Source: a virus (Duplodnaviria > Caudoviricetes). From it: a stretch of DNA of 63,568 bases. The position numbers and the translations under genes are program-made. Position 1 is the first letter of the stretch, and every line of letters begins with the position of its first letter. The stretch covers positions 1-63,568 of IMG/VR virus record IMGVR_UViG_3300021963_006637. One strand, given 5' to 3'. The notes under the pieces are model-generated. The model searched no databases, had not been told where the DNA came from, and worked only from the letters and a program-made list of their open reading frames with translations. Shown one piece after another: positions 54,861 to 63,568 of this stretch.

Positions 54861-56972
54861 TTATTTATGAAATGGTCTAAAATGAGAAGAAATTTCTGTT
54901 ATCCATTGCTTACCATCAATTTTATGTTTTATTTCCTCTACTTGAAATGCTCCCTTATCACTACTATACTGAGGAGGTAATCCTTTTATGTTGAATAAAT
55001 GTCCAACTTGAAATCCACTCATACCTAATATTGAAAAATCAAAACTTACAGGCAAAGGTCTTCCATTATAAACTTCAGTACTAGGTGAATTATATCCTAA
55101 ATCTATTTTTCTTATATCATTAAATTTTCTTTTATTTAAAAATTGTCCACACATAGCCCACTCATCCATATTAGCATTTCCAATAGTTGATATATGGGTT
55201 ACACTTGGTTTAATCATAATTCTTATATTTCTCCTAAATTCAATCCATTTTAGTTCCTCAGGTGATGGCCCAGAAGCGGTTGATGCATTATTCTTTATAT
55301 CTTCAAGGATAAGGTCAGCTAAAACTACATCTTTCTTATCGGAAAACACACCCTTAGTTAATGAATCAGTAGATTGTATTCCAGTAGTAGATTTTTCCAA
55401 AAAAACCTGGCTAGCCATTGCTTTTGGTATATCTAAATTAAAACTAGCATCTACGAAAAAACTATCTGTTCCGAACATATCAAATTGAGGTGGAGATGCT
55501 GCGTTTCCAGTTCTAACATTTCTTAAATTTGCATCTGCTATTCTTAAACTTACTGAATCTCCATTTTTTCTTTCGACTATCTGAAAAGCCCATAATCCTT
55601 CAACGGCCTCTTCCATAGTTTTCAAAACATTATCCAAAATTTCTTTTACAGGAGTTTTCTGGTCTTTCAATGCTTCCATTGCCAACTCATTATCGATATA
55701 TAAATCTCCTATCCATCCATGTCGATATCCAACTAATGTAGCCGATGTACCATCTATATTTAATGTAGTTGCAGATGTTTTTACAAAAGACCTACCATTT
55801 ACAGATGTATCCAAGTTACCGGCAAAATTTCCACCTAAAATTTCAACATCATTTAAATAATTATAAGTGTTTTTATTTGGAATAAAAACTCTTTCAGAGG
55901 TTGAAAACATACGAAGAAATGCACCACAATATGCATCACTTATATCAATATCAAAATTGATTGTTGAATTTTTTTGAAATTGAATACGTCTGGAATTTAA
56001 TAATTTTATAAAGGCATCAAAGCTGATAAATTTATTACTATTAATTGGGCTCTCTGAGTCCGCAGCTGTGAATGTTACTCCTTTAAATGTTAATGTTCCA
56101 GTAAACCAACCGCTATCTGAGGTTTCAGTTTTTGCTTCCTCAGTTAATTCCTCTATATAATTTATGAAATCTGATTCCGATTTCACATCTATTTTCTCAG
56201 TACTGTCAGTTCTAAGTTCATCTGGTAACTGTTGGTAACAATAAATCCAGTTTTTAATTGTTCCTGTAACCGAACCATTTGACATTCCATAATATTGTGA
56301 ATGATTCTTCGGTTTAAGTGAATTTTCATCATCACTTTCTTTTACAACATCTTCACTACTCTTACCCATTAATATCTCTCCAATAGAAGCCATTTTAACG
56401 GTTACATCAAATTCGTTACCGCTGATAGATGAATCTCCTCCAGTAATTATACCTACGAAGTTATCATAACATCCATCATTATTAGAACGTATAGTGTTTA
56501 AAGCTCCAGCGTTTCTGTGGTAATTTTGAACAGTTCCAGCATCCACTCCAACCGGCCCAATTTGTTTTCCTTTATTTACGGAATAATTCCACCCCCATTG
56601 AACAAAGACACTTAATCCAGGTTCCATAAATGATTGTTGAACTTTAGTAAGTTGCTCAGGTGAAAAACATTTTATTTTTAGAGTACATCTTCTCAATGTT
56701 CCTCTACTCGCAAAATCTACCGAAAAATCTGTTATTATTGGATTAGGTCTATATTTCCAAGATGCCCCCTGTGAGTTACCATAGGCATCGGTTGCTGAAC
56801 CGTCAAATAATGTAGAATATGTACCAGTTCCTAACGAATATCTACCTTCCAAACTGGATGTCGCTTTTATCCAAGGAACTAATTTTGATAATTTTACATT
56901 ATTCTTTGAAGTTCTTGCCCTTAATTCGTCTATAATGTACCCATCTAAACTTTTGTAAAAAGGAAATGCCAT
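54861..56972 (-). CDS. Probable baseplate hub / tail structural protein (gp27/gpD-like)
   Basis: Follows the LysM wedge and tape measure genes; C-terminal G..G...G..F....LP..Y....FQV..IKH.I....W.T pattern typical of hub proteins. Confidence 0.55.
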   Translation of the reverse strand: MAFPFYKSLDGYIIDELRARTSKNNVKLSKLVPWIKATSSLEGRYSLGTGTYSTLFDGSATDAYGNSQGASWKYRPNPIITDFSVDFASRGTLRRCTLKIKCFSPEQLTKVQQSFMEPGLSVFVQWGWNYSVNKGKQIGPVGVDAGTVQNYHRNAGALNTIRSNNDGCYDNFVGIITGGDSSISGNEFDVTVKMASIGEILMGKSSEDVVKESDDENSLKPKNHSQYYGMSNGSVTGTIKNWIYCYQQLPDELRTDSTEKIDVKSESDFINYIEELTEEAKTETSDSGWFTGTLTFKGVTFTAADSESPINSNKFISFDAFIKLLNSRRIQFQKNSTINFDIDISDAYCGAFLRMFSTSERVFIPNKNTYNYLNDVEILGGNFAGNLDTSVNGRSFVKTSATTLNIDGTSATLVGYRHGWIGDLYIDNELAMEALKDQKTPVKEILDNVLKTMEEAVEGLWAFQIVERKNGDSVSLRIADANLRNVRTGNAASPPQFDMFGTDSFFVDASFNLDIPKAMASQVFLEKSTTGIQSTDSLTKGVFSDKKDVVLADLILEDIKNNASTASGPSPEELKWIEFRRNIRIMIKPSVTHISTIGNANMDEWAMCGQFLNKRKFNDIRKIDLGYNSPSTEVYNGRPLPVSFDFSILGMSGFQVGHLFNIKGLPPQYSSDKGAFQVEEIKHKIDGKQWITEISSHFRPFHK

Positions 56973-56974
56973 AA

Positions 56975-57253
56975 TTAAATTTTATTCAATATATCAAATT
57001 TATTCTTTGGAATTCTTAATTGTATTCCTCCTTCCAATCCAATGTTTGCCCCATTTAAATTATTTGCTCGTGCGATTATCCACCATAAAGTACTATCTTT
57101 GTAAAATTGGTTTGCAAGTAAATCTAATCTATCGGTTTCTTGTGTTATGATATAAATATCATCATCTCTTTTTGGAATACTGGTAGGTATAGTTGTTTTC
57201 AATACCCTTTTACCATCTGCTAATCTTTTCGTATTTTTAGTATCGTATCTCAT
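56975..57253 (-). CDS. LysM-like baseplate wedge protein (gp53/gpX-like)
   Basis: DRLDLLANQFYKDSTLWWIIARAN...G.QLRIP. Confidence 0.8.
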   Translation of the reverse strand: MRYDTKNTKRLADGKRVLKTTIPTSIPKRDDDIYIITQETDRLDLLANQFYKDSTLWWIIARANNLNGANIGLEGGIQLRIPKNKFDILNKI

Positions 57254-57255
57254 AG

Positions 57256-59247
57256 TTATTGAATTTTTTTACCATATCCGTAAAGATTGTAATCAGTTGT
57301 CTCTTTTGTTTCTATAAAAGTTAATCCAACCGAAGCGTTGATGAATTTAGGTAATTTATAATTATCCATATTATAATTACCAGAACTTACTTCTACTACT
57401 CTTTCTTTTTCTTCTAAATTGGTTACGTTAAGTTTATCATCATATAAAGTATTTTGATTTTCTTTTACTCTATCGACTTTAGTTTTATAAACTCCAGTAG
57501 ATCCAGCGGAAACATTTAATTTTGTTTCAGAAACGTTTGCTCCCACTCCATTTTCTTTTGAATTTTCTTGTCCATTTAATGTAGTTGCATAAAATCTATC
57601 ATTAAATCCTTGTTCAAAAGTGCCACTTTTTGTTTTAAGAATACCACCACCGATTTCCCAAAGATTTTCAGTATCTTCAATAGCGTAAGTTAAACTTTCT
57701 AAAAAACAAGCTTTTTTATTATAAACACTTCCTAATGTAAAATATAAAAGAGTTGGTTCTATAATACCTTGATTATATTGATACGGATATGTACAATGTG
57801 CTAAAAATTCCAATCTTCTCCACATCATCACCAATTCAGCCTGAGACATGCAATATAATTTTAGGTTAAACGTTAATTTTCTTTCAACATTTGTATAGTT
57901 ATAAAAATTAAATGGCGAACCTAACATTCTACTATTTTCCCAACCTGGTGTAAACGATTCATTAAATGAACTTACTAATGATCTGAAATATACCACTGCG
58001 TCATCGTTTACTCTTTGAAATTTTAATGGTATTAAATCTACTTCATCTAATGTTCTTCCATTATATTTTACGGTTGCTAATTCATTCACACTTAATCTAC
58101 CCGTCTGATTTAATATATCTCTATCGGTGTAAAGACCTCGTCTAGAATCTAATCTATTATCATAAGTAGTTTCTCCGGCATTGTGATATGATTTAGCAGT
58201 ATTATCAGTTGAATATCTATCTTTTTTCCAATTATTTTTTTGTAATGATTTAGGTTTTATAAATTCTAAAATAGGATTTGTTTTTAAACTACCTGATAAA
58301 GCTGCCTCTGGATTTTCATCACTATATCTCGCATTATATGAATTAAAATTAATTAATTCTTGAATCGAAGGTTCTCCTGCTTTTTGATTTGCAGTTCCAT
58401 CCGATAATTGAAACCCATATATTACTTCTTTGTTTGCAAATTTTCTAGGTGTTCCGAATAAATTACCATTTGCAGTTCTATCATATCCATTAATAGGAGA
58501 AACTTTAGATATATCAAATGATGGGCCTGAATCAGGTCTTGTTAAATCTCCCATTGATACGCTATAAATTCCATCCTTCTCACTTTCGGAATATTTTTGA
58601 TTAAAATTATCTAAACTACCTGAAGTTATTGGAACATATCTATCTCCTAAAAGTGCGGTTCTAATTACCGTCTTTCCTAAATTAATCGCTCTACCAACTG
58701 TTTGCTTTGCTAATTGAGAAGGTGTCCCTGCTCCAGTTTCTTTTAAGAATCTCCCCAATGCAGTCCCCCTTGCATCTTTTGTAATATCACCTAACGTAAT
58801 CATTTTGTTAGGAGTCAATCCTTCCTTAAATTCTTTTGTACTGATTACATAAGTTGGAAAAACATTTTGTGGAATACCTAATTTTTTATTTACAAATTTA
58901 GTACTCTTTTCCAAAAATCTACCAATCTTACCCAAACTTATTTGAGCATTTGGATTTTTGGAAAGTTTCATTGCATCTACATCAGAAGTTTTTCGAGTAG
59001 TAATTCTAACAATATCAGTCCCGTATAATGTAGGAGAATTAACTAATCTCATAGGTCTTAATCCACTTAACTCCTGTTCTAATGCAGTTTCAGTAAGAGG
59101 ATCAAAACGTTTTTCTAATTCGTTTCCTAATTTATTTGTTCTATCAACAAGAAATTGCCCCCTAGCAGCTTCATAAGTTGTAGCTTTAGGTTGAGGTATC
59201 TGTTTTTTTAAATCAGATTTATTAAATAATTCTAATAATGTAGGCAT
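57256..59247 (-). CDS. Probable tail-tube-initiator/baseplate protein
   Basis: Between tape measure and LysM genes; FR....ESFTPGW...GSPF.FY.Y...ERKLTF...YP...P...LTLG tube-like domain. Confidence 0.55.
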   Translation of the reverse strand: MPTLLELFNKSDLKKQIPQPKATTYEAARGQFLVDRTNKLGNELEKRFDPLTETALEQELSGLRPMRLVNSPTLYGTDIVRITTRKTSDVDAMKLSKNPNAQISLGKIGRFLEKSTKFVNKKLGIPQNVFPTYVISTKEFKEGLTPNKMITLGDITKDARGTALGRFLKETGAGTPSQLAKQTVGRAINLGKTVIRTALLGDRYVPITSGSLDNFNQKYSESEKDGIYSVSMGDLTRPDSGPSFDISKVSPINGYDRTANGNLFGTPRKFANKEVIYGFQLSDGTANQKAGEPSIQELINFNSYNARYSDENPEAALSGSLKTNPILEFIKPKSLQKNNWKKDRYSTDNTAKSYHNAGETTYDNRLDSRRGLYTDRDILNQTGRLSVNELATVKYNGRTLDEVDLIPLKFQRVNDDAVVYFRSLVSSFNESFTPGWENSRMLGSPFNFYNYTNVERKLTFNLKLYCMSQAELVMMWRRLEFLAHCTYPYQYNQGIIEPTLLYFTLGSVYNKKACFLESLTYAIEDTENLWEIGGGILKTKSGTFEQGFNDRFYATTLNGQENSKENGVGANVSETKLNVSAGSTGVYKTKVDRVKENQNTLYDDKLNVTNLEEKERVVEVSSGNYNMDNYKLPKFINASVGLTFIETKETTDYNLYGYGKKIQ

Positions 59248-59248
59248 T

Positions 59249-61843
59249 TTATGTTACTGGATTTTTAGATGCTGTATTTGCAACTCGTGCTGTAACCAAT
59301 TGTCCATCCATATATACAGCAATTTTACCCGCTGATAAATCTTGTCTTAATCCTTTTATTTCACTTAATAAACTACTATCTTCATTACCTTCACCTCCAC
59401 CGAATATTCCTGCCGCTAATCCACCTACCGCTCCCAATCCAGCTAATACCGGTAACGCTAATAATCCCATAGTTCCAATCATTCCCAATGAGACAGCTAA
59501 TGCAGCTAATGCCGCTGCTAATCCAAATATAGGAAGGAAACTTAATTGTGACATTGCAGATACCTGCTCAACTAAAAGTGAAAAGGATGAAATTATTGAA
59601 TTTATTCCATTCCCCACCATCATCAATCCGGCACCAAAAACAATCATCGCTCCACCCAATGCTATAAGCCCTAAAACTCCTGCACCAAATAATACTGCAC
59701 CAGGCCCTGATAATAATGCACCCAATCCAAACATCGCTGCTGAAAATAATACCAATCCTAATGCCGCGGCTCCAACTGCTGTCCAATCTAGCCCTGCAAT
59801 TAAACTCATCGCAAATGCAAATGGAATTAACGCAACACCTAATATACCAACTGCCAATGCACCTTGAACCATATCTTTTTCAACCTTACTAAGTAAATAT
59901 GCAATTCCAGCCAATCCTGCTATTCCAACTAAACCTTTTCCAACTGATTCCCATTCAACACTTCCAAATTCTTGAAATGCCTTTGCTGCAACATATAAGG
60001 CAGCTGATAAAATAAGAATTGCGGCTGCACCTCCTATCAAATTAGTCATATTTCTTCCACCGGTAGCATTACCTGTTTGATTTAATTGATTTCCTACTGA
60101 ATTTTGTGGAGCCGGTGTGGTTGGCCCAGTTGGTGCAGTAGGTGTTGCTCCACCTCTACTAAATAAATTTCGTATTCTTCCTGGAACCAATGAACCCAAC
60201 ACACTTTGCCCATTTATTGCCGCAGCTGTCATTTTTGCTCTAATCAATTCTCCTACAAAAAATGTTACCCCACTTGCTATCGGCCCACCAAATTGTGTGG
60301 CCATTCCTTTAATCATTTGATATGCCTTTGCAGTATTACTACCGTAATCTTTACTTATTTGATCAAGTTTTCCCTGATTCGCTACCATTTGATTAAGTTC
60401 CTCAACTGATAGGCCTAATGCTTCCGCAGTTTGCCTTCTGGAAATAGGATCCATTTTATTATATGCATCAATACCTCCAACTTGATTAAGAATTTCTTTA
60501 GTCATTCCTTCCAAATCATTAGTAAATGCCAATTCTCTTGCACGGTTAAGGTTAATGTTTCTACCTAACATAGCACTTAATTCCAATTCTTTTTCAATCG
60601 AACTTTCAAAATCCAAAAGATTTTCCGCCATCTTTGCAGTAGTTCCAATTGATACTCCTAGTTTAGCTGCCTGAATTGCTGCATCTGCAAAATTCTGACC
60701 TGTTCCCTTTGAGTAAAGTGCCATTGCTTCGGTGTTACCCTCTATATCCTTCATTACCTGTCCAGGCAAAAGATTACTCATCAATGCGGTGTTTGCAACA
60801 TTCGCCACCATGTTTTCACTTACTTCACGACTCACACCCCTTAAATTACCAAAAGAATTTACTAAAGAAGCGGCTTCAGCTCCAGATGTTCCCATCCCTA
60901 ATGCTAATAAATTAGTGTTGAGTTGTGCACCAAGTGTAGCTTCATCCACATCACCACTTAATTTAGCCATTTGGGATAATGTTCCAGCGGCATCATCAAA
61001 TACAAATGATAGAAGAGAAGTAGATACAACAAATGCACCAGTTTGTTTGTTCACATCTGCCATAGCAGATGCAAATTTTCCAGCTGCTGCGGATGCCGCT
61101 ACAATCATAGCTTGAGGAGTTTGAAGAGTCATACGAACGGTATCTAATACCCCTAATACACTTTTCTTCATTTTATCGTAAGCCGCAATTTGTCCCGCTA
61201 TTTGTTCCTTAGTTTCAGCGGATACAGTTGCATATTCTTCGGCTACTTGCAATCCATCTTGTTGAGTTTGTAGTAAACTTGCTAGCTTAGAAGCCTGCTC
61301 TTCGGTGATTTTATTTTGTGCAAGAGCCATTGCAATTTCTCTCTCAACATTTGTAACAACTCCATCATGCTTATCTCTTAACGCATCTTGTAATTCTATT
61401 TTACTTGAATCCGTTTCTGCTAATTTTTGTTGTATCCCCTGTAATTGAAGAGCTTTGTTTGAAATTTGAGTAATTATTTCAACTTGTTCTTCTGAAGCAT
61501 TTTGTTGAGAAATAATACTTCTTAATTCATTTCTAGAAGTATCAACTGATTCTTTTTGTTTTTCTGTCAATTTAGAATAAACGCTACTGATAGACGCCAA
61601 CTCATTTAATTGATCACTAAATATTTCAGTTAATTGTCCAGATATTCTATTTCCTCTATATCTTTCGTTTACAATTCTTTGTTGTAAACTTAATAAAGCC
61701 TTTTCTTTATCTTCTAATCTATTTAAACGATCAAGCTGAGCTTGATCCAATTCTTCCCCTCTAGCCTGAAGTTCGATTTGTCTCTCTTTCAGGTTATTTA
61801 TACTTTGTTGGATATCCCTTAATTGTTGTAGATTTTGAGACAT
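59249..61843 (-). CDS. Tape measure protein
   Basis: 864 aa; N-terminal coiled coil, LLDFESSIEKELE..MLGRNINL.RAR, AEALGLSVEEL, long Ala/Gly-rich hydrophobic repeats, C-terminal VYMDG. Confidence 0.8.
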   Translation of the reverse strand: MSQNLQQLRDIQQSINNLKERQIELQARGEELDQAQLDRLNRLEDKEKALLSLQQRIVNERYRGNRISGQLTEIFSDQLNELASISSVYSKLTEKQKESVDTSRNELRSIISQQNASEEQVEIITQISNKALQLQGIQQKLAETDSSKIELQDALRDKHDGVVTNVEREIAMALAQNKITEEQASKLASLLQTQQDGLQVAEEYATVSAETKEQIAGQIAAYDKMKKSVLGVLDTVRMTLQTPQAMIVAASAAAGKFASAMADVNKQTGAFVVSTSLLSFVFDDAAGTLSQMAKLSGDVDEATLGAQLNTNLLALGMGTSGAEAASLVNSFGNLRGVSREVSENMVANVANTALMSNLLPGQVMKDIEGNTEAMALYSKGTGQNFADAAIQAAKLGVSIGTTAKMAENLLDFESSIEKELELSAMLGRNINLNRARELAFTNDLEGMTKEILNQVGGIDAYNKMDPISRRQTAEALGLSVEELNQMVANQGKLDQISKDYGSNTAKAYQMIKGMATQFGGPIASGVTFFVGELIRAKMTAAAINGQSVLGSLVPGRIRNLFSRGGATPTAPTGPTTPAPQNSVGNQLNQTGNATGGRNMTNLIGGAAAILILSAALYVAAKAFQEFGSVEWESVGKGLVGIAGLAGIAYLLSKVEKDMVQGALAVGILGVALIPFAFAMSLIAGLDWTAVGAAALGLVLFSAAMFGLGALLSGPGAVLFGAGVLGLIALGGAMIVFGAGLMMVGNGINSIISSFSLLVEQVSAMSQLSFLPIFGLAAALAALAVSLGMIGTMGLLALPVLAGLGAVGGLAAGIFGGGEGNEDSSLLSEIKGLRQDLSAGKIAVYMDGQLVTARVANTASKNPVT

Positions 61844-61846
61844 TTA

Positions 61847-62056
61847 TTATAAACTTTTTAAAAATTTTCTAAACTCCTCTGCATCCTTTTCCATTCTTTT
61901 CATTCTTTCAACAACTTCAGCAGGAAGTTTAGCATTTTCAGCTTTTTTAATTACTTGATCAGCAGCTCCTTTTTTTAACCTATCAAAGAAATCAGCTACA
62001 AATCTATCAGCCATAGAAAACAAACCTTCTTTTTTTAGTGATTTTTGAGTTTTCAT
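61847..62056 (-). CDS. Small hypothetical protein upstream of the tape measure gene
   Basis: 69 aa, helical; ATATTTATA motif at 62078-62086. Confidence 0.6.
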   Translation of the reverse strand: MKTQKSLKKEGLFSMADRFVADFFDRLKKGAADQVIKKAENAKLPAEVVERMKRMEKDAEEFRKFLKSL

Positions 62057-62092
62057 TTTTAGTTATTATTATACGAATATAAATATTACAAT

Positions 62093-62120
62093 AAAAAAAT
62101 AAGGGGAAATTATCCCCTTA
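62093..62120 (-). terminator. Intrinsic terminator
   Basis: TAAGGGGA-TAAT-TTCCCCTTA followed by a T-tract. Confidence 0.8.
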
Positions 62121-62340
62121 TCTCATTTTTACTTTACTACCACCAGGTCTTTTTCTATTAACCTTATCCATCTCTTCTTTTTCTTTCTTCTTTAAATCAA
62201 CCAACTTTTTTAAATAAAATCTTCTCCAATGTATTGGCATCGTATAAACATCTCGCCAAGTAAATCCATTACCGAATTGAACCATACTCCACAACTCTTC
62301 ATGAAGTATAGCAGAGTAATTAGTTGGAAGGGTAAAAAAA
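62118..62340 (-). CDS. Frameshifted C-terminal extension of the tail/baseplate assembly chaperone
   Basis: FFTLPTNYSAILHEELWSMVQFGNGFTWRDVYTMPIHWRRFYL in the +1 frame overlapping the upstream gene at a T7 run; no ATG before the conserved-looking part. Confidence 0.65.
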
Positions 62341-63081
62341 GTTAATCCCAAAGGGGATATCCAGCGCCTCCGTCTCACCTGTTATATCTGATACAAATTC
62401 AAATTTCAATTCTAAATCCGGTGTTATTTCCTTTATGTGATTTCTAAACGCTCTACTATCAGATGCTTTAAAACTATTTGCAACCCATTTATTTACAAAT
62501 GATTTATCAGTATTTCCATTAACCTCTAAAATCATATATCTTAATCTAGTTGTAACATCGGAAGGATTTGCACCCTTAGATAACTTTTCTAATGCTTGAA
62601 TTTCTGCTGTTATATTCTGCTCATCTTTATGTGTAAGCAATTTGAATTTAATTTTTGTCCCATCTGAAGGTAATGAAAAATCATAAACATTGTTTCTTTT
62701 AAGTTTAGTAAAATCAATATCCTTTGTTTGAACTTTGCCTAAATCGATAGTTACTTTCTGTCTTTCTCCGCTAAAAGGGTCAGTTATCTCCACTTCGTAG
62801 TTTGGCCCATAACCTAAAACACGAGTTGCTAAGAAAATTGCATTCTTATCACCAATGATTAAATCATCGATGGATGTCCCAACTACTACTGATTCCAGTA
62901 ATTTATCTAATACAATTCCTTTTTTAATTAAATTCTGAGAAGAAAGGATATCTTCCTCTTTTGCGGTCATATACTTTAAAGTAATCTTTCCACTTGCCAA
63001 TGGATGACCTTCTGGATAACATAATCCTTGAGATGGTAAATCTATAACCTCTGTCGGAAAATCGTACTGTTTTTCTTGCAT
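62320..63081 (-). CDS. Baseplate hub assembly / tail assembly chaperone (T4 gp26/gp51-like)
   Basis: FPTEVIDLPSQG..YP, MTAKEEDIL, L.IGDKNAI..ATR...YG, LP, FKLLT..DE, IPFGINFFYP. Confidence 0.75.
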   Translation of the reverse strand: MQEKQYDFPTEVIDLPSQGLCYPEGHPLASGKITLKYMTAKEEDILSSQNLIKKGIVLDKLLESVVVGTSIDDLIIGDKNAIFLATRVLGYGPNYEVEITDPFSGERQKVTIDLGKVQTKDIDFTKLKRNNVYDFSLPSDGTKIKFKLLTHKDEQNITAEIQALEKLSKGANPSDVTTRLRYMILEVNGNTDKSFVNKWVANSFKASDSRAFRNHIKEITPDLELKFEFVSDITGETEALDIPFGINFFYPSN

Positions 63082-63131
63082 AATAAAACTTATTTGTTGT
63101 ATATAGATATATATAATCTTTTTAAAAAAAT

Positions 63132-63162
63132 AAAAAAAAGTGATAGGATTTCTATCACTTTT
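63132..63162 (-). terminator. Intrinsic terminator
   Basis: AAAAGTGATAG-AAATC-CTATCACTTTT followed by further T's. Confidence 0.8.
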
Positions 63163-63183
63163 ATATTCAACTCAATTAAGAGT

Positions 63184-63462
63184 TTAATCTACTGGATAAA
63201 ATTTTGTACTCAGTATCACATTATCAGGTTTTGTAGCCAATAGAGATTCTACATAATCATTAGCCCGCTTTCTAGCATCATAATGTCCATACTCCATCAC
63301 ATCGAAGAATGCCAGATTTACTTTATATAATGTTTTAGGAAATTTACCTGAACCATAATAAACTCTAGTTTCTATTTTTTCACGCTTCACATTAGGAAGT
63401 TTCATTAAAGAAGTGATTTTATTAGAGGAAGCGGATACGGAGAAGAAATCAAAATCGTTCAT
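63184..63462 (-). CDS. Hypothetical protein
   Basis: 92-aa ORF followed by a terminator. Confidence 0.6.
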   Translation of the reverse strand: MNDFDFFSVSASSNKITSLMKLPNVKREKIETRVYYGSGKFPKTLYKVNLAFFDVMEYGHYDARKRANDYVESLLATKPDNVILSTKFYPVD

Positions 63463-63473
63463 ATTAAAGGGGT

Positions 63474-63568
63474 TTAAATGTTATTAACGTATTTGTTGAT
63501 GGCTTGAACTAATATCTTATTGAATTGGTAGTTAGCCTCTCTATTAATCAGTTGGTTTTGTTTTCTCA
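63474..63568 (-). CDS. Partial hypothetical protein (3' end, runs off the window)
   Basis: Open frame ...RKQNQLINREANYQFNKILVQAINKYVNNI*. Confidence 0.45.
   Translation of the reverse strand, partial: RKQNQLINREANYQFNKILVQAINKYVNNI

Noticed and set aside
59568-59786. Trp/Cys-rich alternative-frame ORF inside the tape measure gene
   Set aside because: A by-product of the repetitive Gly/Ala/Leu codons of the main frame
1426-61115. All plus-strand ORFs in the supplied track (e.g. 21867..22250, 47363..47692, 60732..61115)
   Set aside because: Each lies antisense to a longer, motif-supported minus-strand gene and has the Ser/Phe/Leu-rich composition of a shadow frame; none has a recognisable motif
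1-63568. Stop-codon reassignment (as in some Bacteroidota phages)
   Set aside because: Core genes are full length in the standard code, and both TAG (e.g. 7945) and TGA (e.g. 27593, 37946) end genes at sensible boundaries
1-63568. tRNA or structured ncRNA genes
   Set aside because: Intergenic gaps are short and AT-rich; no cloverleaf or TTCGAATC-type arm was seen in non-coding DNA by eye (tRNAscan/Infernal not run)

Overview
A 63.6-kb, AT-rich segment of a large T4-like (myovirus-type) dsDNA phage. Essentially every credible gene is on the minus strand, in the standard genetic code. Six TTG(G)-N20-TATATTTG promoters match the Bacteroidota primary-sigma consensus, which points to a Bacteroidota host (inference). 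In transcription order (high to low coordinates) the window holds: a tail/baseplate module (chaperone with a probable programmed frameshift, tape measure, LysM wedge, hub); 2OG-Fe(II) dioxygenases; a stand-alone family A polymerase domain; a 1657-aa multi-domain protein; a T4-like replication/recombination block (SSB, RecA/UvsX, 5'-3' exonuclease, DnaB helicase, NrdAB, thioredoxin, PolB, clamp, clamp loader) interrupted by SGNH-like genes and DNA methyltransferases; a candidate DNA-hypermodification island (asparagine-synthetase-like amidotransferase, GNAT, two tandem SPPY methyltransferase-fold paralogs, MTA/SAH nucleosidase); a ~10-kb glycosylation island; a cluster of probable head-packaged proteins built from ~60-87-aa modules joined by E-[ST]-x-N-E motifs that are also conserved as DNA; and a SAM-decarboxylase-like gene. 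No tRNA, rRNA, CRISPR array, integrase, transposase, intron or intein was recognised. All calls come from reading motifs by eye; no database searches were run.
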